Source: Podarcis cretensis
Lineage: Eukaryota
Assembly (NCBI GenBank): GCA_951804945.1
Contig: OX638156.1
Location: 10,788,001 to 10,852,000, forward strand
Direction: 5' to 3'
Length of the DNA: 64,000 bases
The first letter of the stretch is position 1. Each line of letters begins with the position of its first letter. Below the pieces are notes generated by a model that searched no databases, had not been told where the DNA came from, and worked only from the letters and a program-made list of their open reading frames with translations. Of the stretch, positions 36,201 to 45,988 are shown piece after piece. The position numbers and the translations under genes were made by a program.

Positions 36201-37029
36201 AGTCTGAGAGCTCCTCTTTCTTTTGCCCTGGAGCTTTCCCAGCAAAATCTAACTATTTGAAGCTGAAGCGCAACGAATGGCCATTCAAGTTTTCTGTAGG
36301 TTGCCATTTGCTCCAATTCAGCTTTAAAGAGCAGGTTCTTGTGCAGAAAGCTATGGATTAAAAAAAAAATAAAAGGATGCTTGGACAGAGAGCTTTAGAG
36401 TGTGGACCGTTCCTGGAAAGCATGGAGGAAAAGTTAAGTGTGGATAAGCTGTAAGTGTTGGCCAACAGAGGAGGAAGACCAGAGCAAAACAGCCAGAAGC
36501 AAAATACAGAGAACCTAGTAAGCTTAAAAGTAATCTTAATTGCGCAGATTGTTGAATTCCAAAGAAATGAAATGTGTTTCAAAATTTCAAAATAAGAATT
36601 TAATTCTTGGCTGTTACCCTGGTACTTTTGCACTCGCTGGCTGGATCACTGGAAGTTTGATGTTTCCTGAGTAACAGATTGATTATCGATTGCATGCTTT
36701 TCCTTATAACCTTGCAAGTGAAAAGGCCTGCGCCTCATTGTGTGTTGCTGTTTGCTTTTCTTAATTCCAATGAAAGCTGGAGATTCAGGGAAGGGCCTTT
36801 CAAGATCCCAGGAGGGGCTGCTCCCCCCACAGGCCCACCTGTGGCAAGGGCCCTGCCTTCAAACCTTCCTTTGCTCCCTCTGACTCCTTCTGATGGTCTC
36901 TTGCAGGGTGAAGAGGACATACAATATTCAACACTAGCCTTCAAGGCCAACCACCCTCCTCAGCCACAGCCAGCGGCCGCCCGGCCTTTGGAAAGCAACA
37001 TAATATACTCAGAAATCAAGAAGAAATGA
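384..37029 (+). CDS. CEACAM1-like: CEACAM1-like inhibitory Ig-superfamily receptor, 5'-incomplete, 22 exons in window (18 IgC2 + TM + 3 cytoplasmic)
   Basis: Spliced by hand. All junctions are GT-AG and phase compatible. A/B junctions give the CEACAM-typical F/L-Y-GP(D) motif. TM reads GLSPGQIVGIVIGCVLGVALIGGLGYFLF; tail ends IQYSTL...IIYSEIKKK*. Strict orthology to CEACAM1 is not established. Confidence 0.9.
1671..1931 (+). CDS. IgC2 B-type exon, unit 1 (261 nt)
   Basis: tttgcttcag|ac...ctgg|gtgagt; GPDNPTIDPQ...LSCSAKSNPPASYSW...DAGKYTCNA. Confidence 0.92.
2825..3097 (+). CDS. IgC2 A-type exon, unit 2 (273 nt)
   Basis: cag|ga...ttct|gtaagt; VTLNC...YYWLK...DEANYTC. Confidence 0.92.
4178..4438 (+). 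CDS. IgC2 B-type exon, unit 2 (261 nt)
   Basis: gcttcag|at...ctgg|gtgagt; open frame with both Ig cysteines. Confidence 0.92.
5336..5608 (+). CDS. IgC2 A-type exon, unit 3 (273 nt)
   Basis: Same splice sites and open frame as unit 2. Confidence 0.92.
6686..6946 (+). CDS. IgC2 B-type exon, unit 3 (261 nt)
   Basis: tacttcag|ac...g|gtgagt; open frame. Confidence 0.92.
7849..8121 (+). CDS. IgC2 A-type exon, unit 4 (273 nt)
   Basis: cag|ga...t|gtaagt; open frame. Confidence 0.92.
9141..9401 (+). CDS. IgC2 B-type exon, unit 4 (261 nt)
   Basis: tacttcag|ac...g|gtgagt; open frame. Confidence 0.92.
10301..10573 (+). CDS. IgC2 A-type exon, unit 5 (273 nt; VTWNC variant)
   Basis: cag|ga...t|gtaagt; open frame. 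Confidence 0.92.
11655..11915 (+). CDS. IgC2 B-type exon, unit 5 (261 nt)
   Basis: tacttcag|ac...g|gtgagt; open frame. Confidence 0.92.
12816..13088 (+). CDS. IgC2 A-type exon, unit 6 (273 nt)
   Basis: cag|ga...t|gtaagt; open frame. Confidence 0.92.
14169..14429 (+). CDS. IgC2 B-type exon, unit 6 (261 nt)
   Basis: tgcttcag|ac...g|gtgagt; open frame. Confidence 0.92.
15595..15864 (+). CDS. IgC2 A-type exon 7 (270 nt, diverged)
   Basis: Long pyrimidine tract then tacag|ga; YVTNITISDSGKAIENSITVLNCTSAGTNVSYSW...DSDSYSC...LLNVL; t|gtaagt. Confidence 0.92.
16170..16545 (-). mobile_element. L2-clade LINE 3' fragment
   Basis: (TAA)n tail then ttatttataccccacc...gggtttccccagccactc; same family as 62686-63048. 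Confidence 0.65.
16734..16978 (+). mobile_element. Old tRNA-derived SINE (Squam3/Ther1-like)
   Basis: tRNA-like head with ggttcaaattc B box, ctgggtgacttt core, AAAT-rich tail. Confidence 0.65.
18125..18385 (+). CDS. IgC2 B-type exon 7 (261 nt, diverged)
   Basis: actccag|at; GPGVPEI...LSCTADSNPAAQYTW...SGNYTCKAFN; g|gtaagt. Confidence 0.92.
19245..19517 (+). CDS. IgC2 A-type exon 8 (273 nt)
   Basis: ttccttacag|tg; EVSDVTI...LTCTS...YYWFR...DAGSYTC...ELTVF; t|gtaagt. Confidence 0.92.
19695..19949 (+). CDS. IgC2 B-type exon 8 (255 nt)
   Basis: gctccag|at; GPDDPVISP...LSCSADSHPPPQYTW...DTGDYTCSAFN...VEVY; g|gtaagt. Confidence 0.92.
20553..20949 (+). mobile_element. Sauria SINE with an internal CR1-type 3' fragment at 20689-20759
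   Basis: gggttaaaccac...agcagttcgaaagcac...(acctt t)n tail. Confidence 0.85.
21530..23838 (-). mobile_element. 5'-truncated L2-clade LINE with frameshifted reverse transcriptase
   Basis: Three overlapping minus ORFs: NYRPVSNLPFLGKVIE, FQSGFR, LLDLSAAFD, GVPQGAILSP, YANDTQL, SRLDYCN, LHWLPV. (TAA)n tail; candidate 8-bp TSD tcagctta at 21522-21529 and 23839-23846. Confidence 0.9.
24645..24693. repeat. (TTTG)n microsatellite
   Basis: Read directly. Confidence 0.95.
27249..27521 (+). CDS. IgC2 A-type exon 9 (273 nt, most divergent)
   Basis: gtgtgcag|aa; TLSSPVL...VSLQC...ITWFKD...DEEGMYTCKATNPAS; t|gtaagt. Confidence 0.92.
27950..28302 (+). mobile_element. Sauria SINE
   Basis: Near full length, (accttt)n tail. 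Confidence 0.88.
28387..28653 (+). CDS. IgC2 B-type exon 9, membrane proximal (267 nt)
   Basis: ctttctag|at; GPNNVKL...LLCTAESLPEPQFRW...DGGNYTCQAYN; g|gtgagt. Confidence 0.9.
30162..30206. repeat. (ATT)n microsatellite, tail of a degraded L2-type fragment
   Basis: Read directly. Confidence 0.85.
30364..30441. mobile_element. 78-bp hAT-type MITE
   Basis: TIR tagggttgccata/tatggcaacccta; perfect 8-bp TSD ctcaacac. Confidence 0.8.
31752..31875 (+). CDS. Transmembrane exon (124 nt, phase 1/2)
   Basis: ctcttccag|aa; ESTPSGSGLSPGQIVGIVIGCVLGVALIGGLGYFLFTKTALG; gg|gtaagt. Resembles human CEACAM1 GLSPGAIAGIVIGV. Missed by the ORF track. Confidence 0.92.
33410..33462 (+). CDS. Cytoplasmic exon 1 (53 nt, phase 2/1)
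   Basis: tttacctag|g ... a|gtaagt; RTEQHSSNGNIPSAPGR; same length as CEACAM1 exon 7. Confidence 0.85.
34973..35004 (+). CDS. Cytoplasmic exon 2 (32 nt, phase 1/0)
   Basis: tgtcatttcag|ac ... ccg|gtaagg; NQGVTDTKPTP; same length as CEACAM1 exon 8. Confidence 0.85.
36907..37029 (+). CDS. Terminal cytoplasmic exon with two ITIM-type motifs and stop
   Basis: tcttgcag|ggt; GEEDIQYSTLAFKANHPPQPQPAAARPLESNIIYSEIKKK*. Confidence 0.93.
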   Translation, partial: GEEDIQYSTLAFKANHPPQPQPAAARPLESNIIYSEIKKK

Positions 37030-37182
37030 CCAGAGATGAATCTCCCCTAATGGGCTCACCAGTGCAAACATCCCCTATGACTCACCTCTGCTTCATTTGC
37101 CTGGATTTTATTTTGGTTGGGGGGGGGGGGGTTAAAAAAAACTATTGCCTGTTCTGAAGATAAGACTATCGGTCCCTCCCTT

Positions 37183-37211
37183 ACACACACACACACACAC
37201 ACACACACACC
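37183..37211. repeat. (CA)n microsatellite in the presumptive 3' UTR
   Basis: Read directly. Confidence 0.9.
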
Positions 37212-39683
37212 ACTCAAATGGTTCTCCTCTACCAACCCGCCGTGATGAAAACAAAAAAAGCAGAAGTTTGTCTCCACGCCCTGCCACCTGCTGTAATTGA
37301 GGGTAGAGTTTGGAATGGAACCAATCCTTTCAAAAGCAGGCCGTTCTTCCACCCACCCTGCCGTGGCTGTCATGCATGCCAAGAGGGAGGCCTTTTCATC
37401 CTCGGATCTGTGTGGGGAGAAACTAGAAACATTTTAGATACCTCTTTTCCCTTTCTCTCTCTCTCTCTCCCCATCCTGCTACCGTTTCGCTTCCTGGCTG
37501 TGCCAAACCTCCCCTCTTTCTCCTGTCCCTCGGGTTGTGGTGTCGCTAGGCAGCGGTGTGGCTGCTGCTCCCCCAGGCCTACCCCAGACACCACAAGCCC
37601 TCCCTGAGGGAGCTGGATTCCAGGCACCGGCGAAGAAAGAGCTCAATATCCAGGAAAGAGTGCACTGGGAAGCAGGCTGGTGTGGCAGCTGTGTCCAGGG
37701 CCAGCCTGGACCGGAGAGGACCTTTGCTCCTGATGCCTCCATCTGACTCCAGATGCTTCTGAGCTTATTCTTTTTTGAGGAGGCATAAAAACTTGCTTGG
37801 GGGTCAGGCCAGACCTGTGGACCCCTCTTACTGTCCAGAATGAACTGGCAAAATCTCAACAAGACAGCAACACCACTTGCCCTGCAGTCTGGCTTTTGGC
37901 TTCAGCTATTCTTTTGCTCATGTGAATTTGAAAGTGTGGATATGGAACTCGGGGTGACGTGTGGGTGGGAGGGGGGGATTTGTGGTGGCAAAGCCATAAT
38001 TATTTCCCCTCTGCCTGGTAAGGCCACCAGTCATTATGCCTTCTCCACCACCACCACTCCATTTATCATGATTAACCCGCCAAATCCAGTCTATAATAGG
38101 AGGAAGGTGTTTTTGCAGAGCAGATTGGTTAAGCACATCAGGCTGCTATAGAACATGGGGTGAGTTGAAGCATCTTGAATAGATTCCCTTCCATGTTTCT
38201 CCATCTACGTGGTGTCTAGAAATGGAAGAGAACTGTGCCAAATGTCTGGAGGCTTAGAGCACTGGATAGGGGTTAGGAAGCCACCACTTGTGGAAGAGGA
38301 AGAGATCCAATGTCTCCCCGTGTCCCCTGGGCGACCGCAGAGCCAGTGGGCAAAGCACTGGGGTCAGTTGCAAGAACTGTGACGCTCACTGAGCAGCCTT
38401 GAGCAAGTTAACCACCCCTCAGACTAACCTCCTTTGCAGAATTGTTGTGGGGCTACAGTGAGATAAGGCTATAACAATAATAATGCCTCAAGCCAGCAGG
38501 AGGGGGGGGAGATGGGGTCTCAGGAGATTAATTTATTTTAATTGCAGGTGTAGAATCAGGGACAGCGGGGTCTGCATTCTAGATTAGCTCAACTCCCACG
38601 CGGCAAAAAAATGTCTCAGAACGGGCAGGCGAACTGCAAAATTCAACGAAGTGTGGCGAGGAAGAACGGAGGAGGGCGCTTTACAGCGAGCAGTTGTCCG
38701 TTTTGCCGGTTTCGCAACTAGCCAGCTTCTAGCTAATGGGGCAGACATGCCGGGCACTGTTGATGTTAGCCTGAGCCAAAGGCAGACCTCGTAAAATCTC
38801 TGATAGGAACGAGAGGGGAATCCCATGCCTTCTGCTCCCTCGTCGTGTTGTTTGGGTGTGCGTTTTCCTCCACCACCACCCCACGCCGAAAGTTTGTCAT
38901 CTTCGACTGAGAGTGCGCCTTTGCTGCGATAGCATCTCATATACTCTGGGCCTCGCTAATCGTTGGGTGTGGCTGAAAGACGGCATGTATTCACGTTAAG
39001 CTTCAGGACGGAAGGACAATGGAGCAGTGTTTGGAACAAGTGCAGGGCTCATCATGCCCCAGTTAACCCATGCGTCGTTCTCCCATCTTGAGGCACAGTC
39101 GTCTGCCATGAAGGAACCCCCACAAAAGAAAGCTTGTCTCCCTCTTGCATCCGGTTGGCACCGGGCCTTTGGAATGATTACTTGGTGTCCTGCGGGACAG
39201 GAGAAGCAGAGAAGGCCGGTCAGATCTGAGCAAGAGTGCAGAATTAGAGATGGAACGCAAAGCTGATGATTGTGGAAATTTGGGCTGTTATTCTGGTTGT
39301 AAAATGATGAATAATTTTGTTTTTAATAATAACGATAATAATAAATTGAGAATGGAAAAGACTTTTGTGTACATTGTGGAGGGGGAGGCAGGGCTGGCCG
39401 CCCGTGAGGCAAGGATACCCAGCGGCAACAGATCCAGCCTCCAAGGAATGTATCACCCGCTGTTACTGCTCCAGCTGCAGCACACCCCAAATTCAGTGGC
39501 CTCTTAGAGAACAGGAGGTGCTGCCAGTCTCCTTCCCTATGCTTGTTCCTGATGAAGGTCTTTATTCCCACCTTGTTCCTGATGTAGATCTTCACTCACC
39601 CTTCTTCCCTGGCCGGGGAAGGGGCACCATTTTGTGGTTTGCCTCAGGTGCCAAAATGTACTGTTGTAGCCCTGGGGGGGGGC

Positions 39684-40471
39684 CATAGCTGTCAACTTAC
39701 AGATTTGAAAATAAGGGACCAGCAGCCTCAAAAATAAGGGATCAGCAGCCAAAATAAGGGATTTTAGCCAACCAGCTCCTTTCCTTTCCCCCATAACAGT
39801 GCATGCCTGCCCTAGATCTTGTGCCGAGCAAGACCCTGCATATCTAGCTGTGCATGCTAAAGTCGTAAGGGATGTTTCGGGCGGCTGAAGCAGCGATAGT
39901 TCTCTCCTCGCTGGCCCTTTAAAGAAGGGGGTGGGCCCTGCCGCCCGACAGGATGGGCCGGACGCGGTTACCTCCTCCTGCTTAGAGCTCCCAAAGTCTC
40001 GCTGGAGTCCAGGGAAGGGGGGGGCTAGCTGGCCGCTTTTCGTTCGGGGAAGGAAGCCCCCAGATGGCACCACAGTCACGCCCCGTAGGCGGATCGCCGC
40101 CACCCCCGAGTGCACATCATCTTTGCAACTCCTGGTGCGCCCTGGGAGTTACGGGCTCTTGGGTGTGTTGGGTGGCAGGCACTGCGACTCTCCAACAAGC
40201 TGACATTCTCCCCCGAAGGCGCGCTCCTCCCTTATCTCCCAAGACAGACAGATGCTCACCGAGGCTCTGACGCGATGTAAGCAGACCCTTGTGGGGATGG
40301 GTCTTATCCCTGCGAGTGGGGATGGCTAGGAGGTGGAGGTAGTAGCCCTTTTCTCCTAGGCAGCATTGAAACCCGGGAAATCTACGGGATATCATCAGTC
40401 CGGGACAGCAGCGAGAAACGGCGCTGGGATAAGGGAGTTTCCCGCCAAATAAGGGACAGTTGACAGCTACG
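39684..40471. mobile_element. Non-autonomous DNA transposon (hAT-like) with GC/CpG-rich interior
   Basis: TIR catagctgtcaac/gttgacagctacg; imperfect 8-bp flanks gggggggc/ggggaagc. Confidence 0.55.
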
Positions 40472-41384
40472 GGGGAAGCATGAGGATCCCATAACTTGAC
40501 AGGGGATAAAAATAAGACTTTTCTTGTTCCTGGGCCTTTAGCAACAGTTTGATCAGCTGAAACTGGGCAGTGAGGCTTTTCACTCACATGATGACATGCA
40601 AATGAATCTCTGCAAATCAGGCTGCTGCTAAGAGTAACGGGAGCAGCAGCAATGCAGCAGGAAGCTTTGGTGAGAATGTGTCAGGCAGGCTGGCCTGCAC
40701 AACTCGTGACCCATTAAGAATGGCGGCCCGCCTGGAAGCTAGTTAACCTGCTTTTACTGCCTGCCTGAGACTGCAGACATGAGGGAGCGGTGAGATAGCA
40801 TCTCACTCTTTTGCAGGACACAATGCATGGGTGTTAGTTTGCATAAGCCTTTGTAGCTCAGACGTTTTATGGGTCGGGTGTGTGGTGGTATTCTGCTTGA
40901 CCAATCAACCAGGCAAGCGTTTTCCCCCACTTCCTGGCTATCCTGCAGCCCATAGATGCAGCTTGTCCTGCAAGGTCCCTGGTCTCTAGAATGTGATGCC
41001 ATCGCAACTCACCTTTCCCTGCTCCTCCTCATGCCCTCCCACCCATCAGAGGTGCTCCTCGGCGCCTTCCCTTAACCCTTGCAGTTACATCACAGTTTTC
41101 TGTCACTTTGCATCTTTGGGAGTTTGCATGAGCAAACTGAAAGTCAGCAGGGCAGCTTTTCTCGCTGCCGCACCTGCATGTCAGTAAAGATTTTGCATGT
41201 CAAATATCTTCCAGTGTTAGGTCTGTGAAGAGCAATTGCTGGAAATCACAAATGCGGGCCGGTGGGGGGAGAGAATGTGGTTAAATTAATGTCCTGGTGG
41301 ATTGGTGGGCTTCCCATAGGCATATTCCTATGTTCTTAAAAAACCCTTGGGTGTTTTTTTAGGGGGGTGCCCCAAGCCTTATAA

Positions 41385-41637
41385 CAAGGGTAGGCAACCT
41401 AAGGCCCGGGGGCCAAATCCGGCCCAATCGCCTTCCAAATCCGGCCCACAGACGGTCCAGGAATCAGCGTGTTTTTACATGAGTAGAATGTGTCCTTTTA
41501 TTTAAAATGCATCTTTGGGTTATTTGTGGGGCATAGGAATTCGTTCATATTTTTTTTCTTCAAAATATAGTCCAGCCCATCACATGGCCTGAGGGACGGT
41601 GGACTGGCCCATGGCTGAAAAAGGTTGCTGACCCCTG
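41385..41637. mobile_element. hAT (Charlie-type) MITE
   Basis: TIR caagggtaggcaacct/aggttgctgacccctg; perfect TSD ccttataa. Confidence 0.85.
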
Positions 41638-41751
41638 CCTTATAATAAATCCCATGCCACCCCTAGCATGCAGAGCCTCATTTCCCAGTTTTCTTTTTTT
41701 TTTTTTAGGCACATAATCACCTTGCTGCTTCTGTTCGGTGATGCTGGCTAT

Positions 41752-42153
41752 GTTGTTGTTGTTGTTTAGTCGTTTAGTCGTGTCCGACTCTTCGTGACCC
41801 CATGGACCAGAGTACGCCAGGCACTCCTGTCTTCCACTGCCTCCCGCAGTTTGGTCAAACTTATGCTGGTAGCTTCAAGAACACTATCCAACCATCTCAT
41901 TCTCTGTTGTCCCCTTCTCCTTGTGCCCTCAATCTTTCCCAGCATCAGGGTCTTTTCCAGGGTGTCTTCTCTTCTCATGAGGTGGCCAAAGTATTGGAGT
42001 CTCAGCTTCAGGATCTATCCTTCCAGTGAGCGCTCACGGCTGATTTCCTTAAGAATGGAGAGGTTTGATCTTCTTGCAGTCCATGGGACTCTCAAGAGTC
42101 TCCTCCAGCACCACAATTCAAAAGCATTAATTCTTCAGCGATCAGCCTTCTTT
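41752..42153 (-). mobile_element. Bov-B (RTE) LINE, 5'-truncated
   Basis: Minus ORF LEKTLMLGKIEGTRRRG...HGVTKSRTRLND; (CAA)n tail; 11-bp TSD atgctggctat. Confidence 0.92.
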
Positions 42154-42970
42154 ATGCTGGCTATACTATGCCTTTAAAAAGCAGCTGGCTGCTTACCTCT
42201 AAAAATGCCTAGAAAAGCTTCCCTTGCATAATTTCTCTGTTTCTTTTAAAAAAATAAAATAAAAAGGAGGGGTGGTGATTGCGCTGTGAGGGTTAACCCA
42301 GTTTAAAATCACTTGAGGTTTACAGTGTAAACACATGCCCTGAAACATTTCCCAGATGAAAATAGCCATGCTTGGAACAACAGCATTGACTCATGCCATA
42401 GTTCTCTTCTGGAATCCTGTTACCCCCCTGTGTTTTGCAAGCGTTGAAGAAAATCCTTCACACCCCTCTGGATGCAGCTTTTCTTTATTGCGAAACAGCC
42501 TGTTCTGTGCTCATTTCAAAGCCAGGATGATAATTGCTATTTTGGTAAAAGATACACTTTCTTTAAATAAAAAAAAAGAATTCCGGTGTGTCGCCAACAG
42601 TTCAAAACAGAGCACAGCAGTTCTTAAAATGGCAGACTGTCCACTGAGCTGCCTTATTCTGTATTGGACCTTTGGTCATTTTGCTCAATATTGTCTACCC
42701 TGAAGCAGCAGTTTCTCCAGGGTTTCAGAGAGAGTTCTCCACTAGCCCTAACTAAAGGTGCCGTGCTGGGATTGAACCTGACCACCTTCTGCTTGGCACG
42801 GCACCATGTAAACCTCTTTCACAAGAAAACCAGAACGAATGAGCAATAAACGGTCCCATAGGCTTCCTGAAAATTTGATGCAAAGAGATCAAGATTCATG
42901 CTCGGTTTGCGTGGACGTCTGGAAGCGAAGAATTTACACAGTCCAGAGCCCAAGGGTGCAATTTACAATA

Positions 42971-43195
42971 CAGTGGTACCTCGGGTTACATACGCTTCAG
43001 GTTACAGACTCCGCTAACCCATAAATAGTGCTTCAGGTTAAGAACTTTGCTTCAGGATGAGAACAGAAATCATGGTCCGGCGGTGCGGCGGCAGCAGGAG
43101 GCCCCATTAGCTAAAGTGGTGCTTCAGGTTAGGAACAGATTCAGTTTAAGAACAGACCTCCAGAATAAATTAAATACTTAACCCGAGGTACGCTG
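42971..43195. mobile_element. Tc1/mariner Tigger-type MITE
   Basis: TA-flanked; TIR cagtggtacctcgggtta. Confidence 0.8.
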
Positions 43196-43257
43196 TACTT
43201 TACTGAGGAATTTCTTATTGAAGGATGGGTGGGCGTCTTCTTCTCACTTCCCTTTCC

Positions 43258-45100
43258 GTTCCTGTGGTGTAGTGGTTAAGAGCGGTAGTCTTGTACTTCC
43301 GGGTCGGCGCCATCGCCGAATGGCGGACTCCCTCCGAGCTCCAGAGGGAGTCGGCTGGGTAGGGGTCGGGTCCTGCCGTGCCGGCGACGCGGGGACCCTC
43401 AAAAACCATGGGCGGAGATGCCCATGGACTTGGTGACTCGGCGGGCACCGTTTGCGCCCCCCCGACCCGCGAAGGAGCCTTTTTAAAGGCTGCGGAGCGG
43501 GTGACGGGGGGGTGTGGTGCTGTGAGTCCAATGCTTCCCCTGCCCAGCGAAGCCGCATGCCATTCGGCGGAGAGCAATGACTTCTTCTTTGAAAATTTCG
43601 GATTTGGACTAAAAGGAACAACCCGTGAGTAAATTGATTGGACTTAAAAGGGAAATTTGATCTTTGAATTTGGAGCGAGTGGGGGGAGTGCAAAAAGGAA
43701 GTCCGCCCCCCCCCCCCGTTGTAGATGGCTCAACGCAAGGATTTGACAACTAAGATCGAGAAATGAACTTGTTTACCTGAAAAAAAATTTTAACTTCACG
43801 AAGGGATATTACAATAATTGTGCTGGAGGAGAAGACTGATTTGTGGGAACTAAAATGCAACCCCCCCGGGAACCGGGAACGATCCGCTATGAGAGACTGG
43901 TGAAGAGACACAGAAACTTTGACAGCTGTCAAAGTAGCTGTCAAAGCAGGAAAATAAAAGAGAACTTTGTTACGATGGCTTTGCTGGTTAGATTTGTTAC
44001 AATTTGGACATAAATTATTGGAAATAAAGGCAACAAGTTATTTGACTTTTGGGTCTGATTTTGAAAGAAATTAAGTTACCATATTCCCTCTAGAGGGAGG
44101 CTGGGACATTGCAACAGTAGCAGCAAGTGGAAAAATACTATGAATTTGAGCAGGATCTGTTATCTCTTGGGAAAGCTGCAAAAACGAAGCATTATTTTGT
44201 CTACAGAGGTTTCTATACTAAAGGAGACAATGGATTTATCTATTGAAGAAGGGAAGGGACTTGACGCAAGTTATGTTCCTGAATAACAAAAGCCTCTGTG
44301 GAGAACAAGAAGTTTCTGAATTAGAAGGTTTCTGCAGCAGAACAGGAAAAAGCAACCTGAGGAATAATCAAAAGACGGCAAAGTGGAGTTGAGATATAGA
44401 CGTGGATACACCAGGCTGGCAGTAGACAGTGGATGAACTTTGGGGATTGGAACCGGGGAATGGGGGGGGAGGGGAGATTTGGAATCCAAAGGCTGTAAAA
44501 TTATATATTATTTCTTTCTTTTCTTTTTTCATGTTTATTGTTTGAAAATAGGGGAATTCGTGGAAGGGAAATGGGGTCGATCTTAGGGAATTATATAAAA
44601 TATAAGGAGAAATGGTTCATTAAGATAAATAAGATAAATTAATTTGGAATAAATGGGTTATTTAAAATTACAAATAAGGTTTTAAAATTTGGGGTAAGAA
44701 TCTGTGGAATCAATTTAAGGGAAATGGAATACAAGAGGGGGAGGGGGGGAAGTCCGGGAAAGATGCCACTGAAATCAAGTGTAAATCATATTTGTTTTTT
44801 CTTTCTTGCTTGCTATCTTTCCTTTTTATTCTGGAAAATTTTTAATAAATATTATTAAAAAAAAAAAAAAAAGAGCAGTAGTCTTGTAATCTGGTGAACC
44901 GGGTTCGCTTCCCCTCTCCTCCACATGCAGCTGCTGGGTGACCTTGGGCCAGTCACACTTCTTTGAAGTCTCTCAGTCCCACTCACCTCACAGAGTGTTT
45001 GTTGTGGAGGAGGAAGGGAAAGGAGAATGTTAGCCGCTTTGAGACTCCTTAAAGGGAGTGAAAGGCGGGATATCAAATCCAAATTCTTCTTCTTCTTCTT
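43258..45100 (+). mobile_element. Squam3-type tRNA SINE, split by a 1.57-kb insertion
   Basis: Head tgtggtgtagtggttaagagc at 43263. Body resumes at 44871 with ggttcgcttcc B box, ctgggtgaccttgggccagtcac core and (TTC)n tail. Confidence 0.8.
43296..44870 (+). mobile_element. Non-coding poly(A) retroelement inserted by L1-type machinery
   Basis: 18-bp TSD aagagc(g/a)gtagtcttgta; AATAAA at 44844; A-tail from 44857; CpG-rich 5' end. Confidence 0.8.
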
Positions 45101-45764
45101 CCTTTGCCACCGCAGTGGCGCTGAGACTCCTCCACACTGCCTTGGAGCAGCTGCTAGTTTGATGGAGATTTAAGCGCTTGGGAGATTAGATTTAGAAACT
45201 CCAAAATGTTCCAACACATCCCCCACGTGACCTGAAACCCAGCAGGGGTAATACAGATGGTCGGAATGCTGCTATTTTAAAAACACGCTTTATTTTTAAA
45301 CCAGATTATTTTGAAATGTGAAGGGGAAGCTTGCTGGGTTGGTGTGTTTTGGCCACGGCCTTCAACGTGGGAGCGAAAACAAGGCCAGATGAACATTGGG
45401 TGGAAGCTTATTATGAGTCCAGACTGCAGGTCCATCTAGCTAAGGTGGCCTGCACTGGCTGGCAGCAGCTGGTCAGGGTGTCAGGCATGCAGCAGACCCA
45501 GACCGACCAGGGGAGACCTGGAACTGTGCATGGCACCTTCTGCATGCCAAGCAGGTGTTCTAACCCACTGATGGGACAGGCCAAAGATGGATCTCTGGGG
45601 CAACATTTTGCCTCCATTAGGAGCAAGGGGCCTGTTCTTGGCCTAAGCATAGACAGACAGTGCGGACACTCGAGTTGCAGTCTGGAAAGCTGGTCTGGTC
45701 TGCGAACCCATTTCTGTGACTAAAACATTGAGACCATAGCTGGGAACACACCGTGCATTTAAAG

Positions 45765-45805
<41 letters not shown>

Positions 45806-45988
45806 AGAAAATAATGGTTTACCAGTCACAGAGCTACAATTCCGTGATAAACTACAGGTCCCAGGGTTCTCTGGGTGAGGTGGGTGCTTTAAATATATGG
45901 CATGTATACAGCCTTTATTGCAGATAGTGCTTGATTATGCATACCCTCCAACATTTCCCCAATGAAAATAAGGGCACCCTATTCAATA

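Noticed and set aside
384-37029. Hemicentin, titin-like or Siglec/CD22 identity
   Set aside because: A/B alternation with YGP junctions, the TM sequence, the 53/32-nt exons and the tail all fit CEACAM better.
37030-41250. Poly(A) site of the gene (AATAAA at 39340-39345 or AGTAAA near 41182)
   Set aside because: Cannot choose without transcript data; the first lies in an (AAT)-rich patch.
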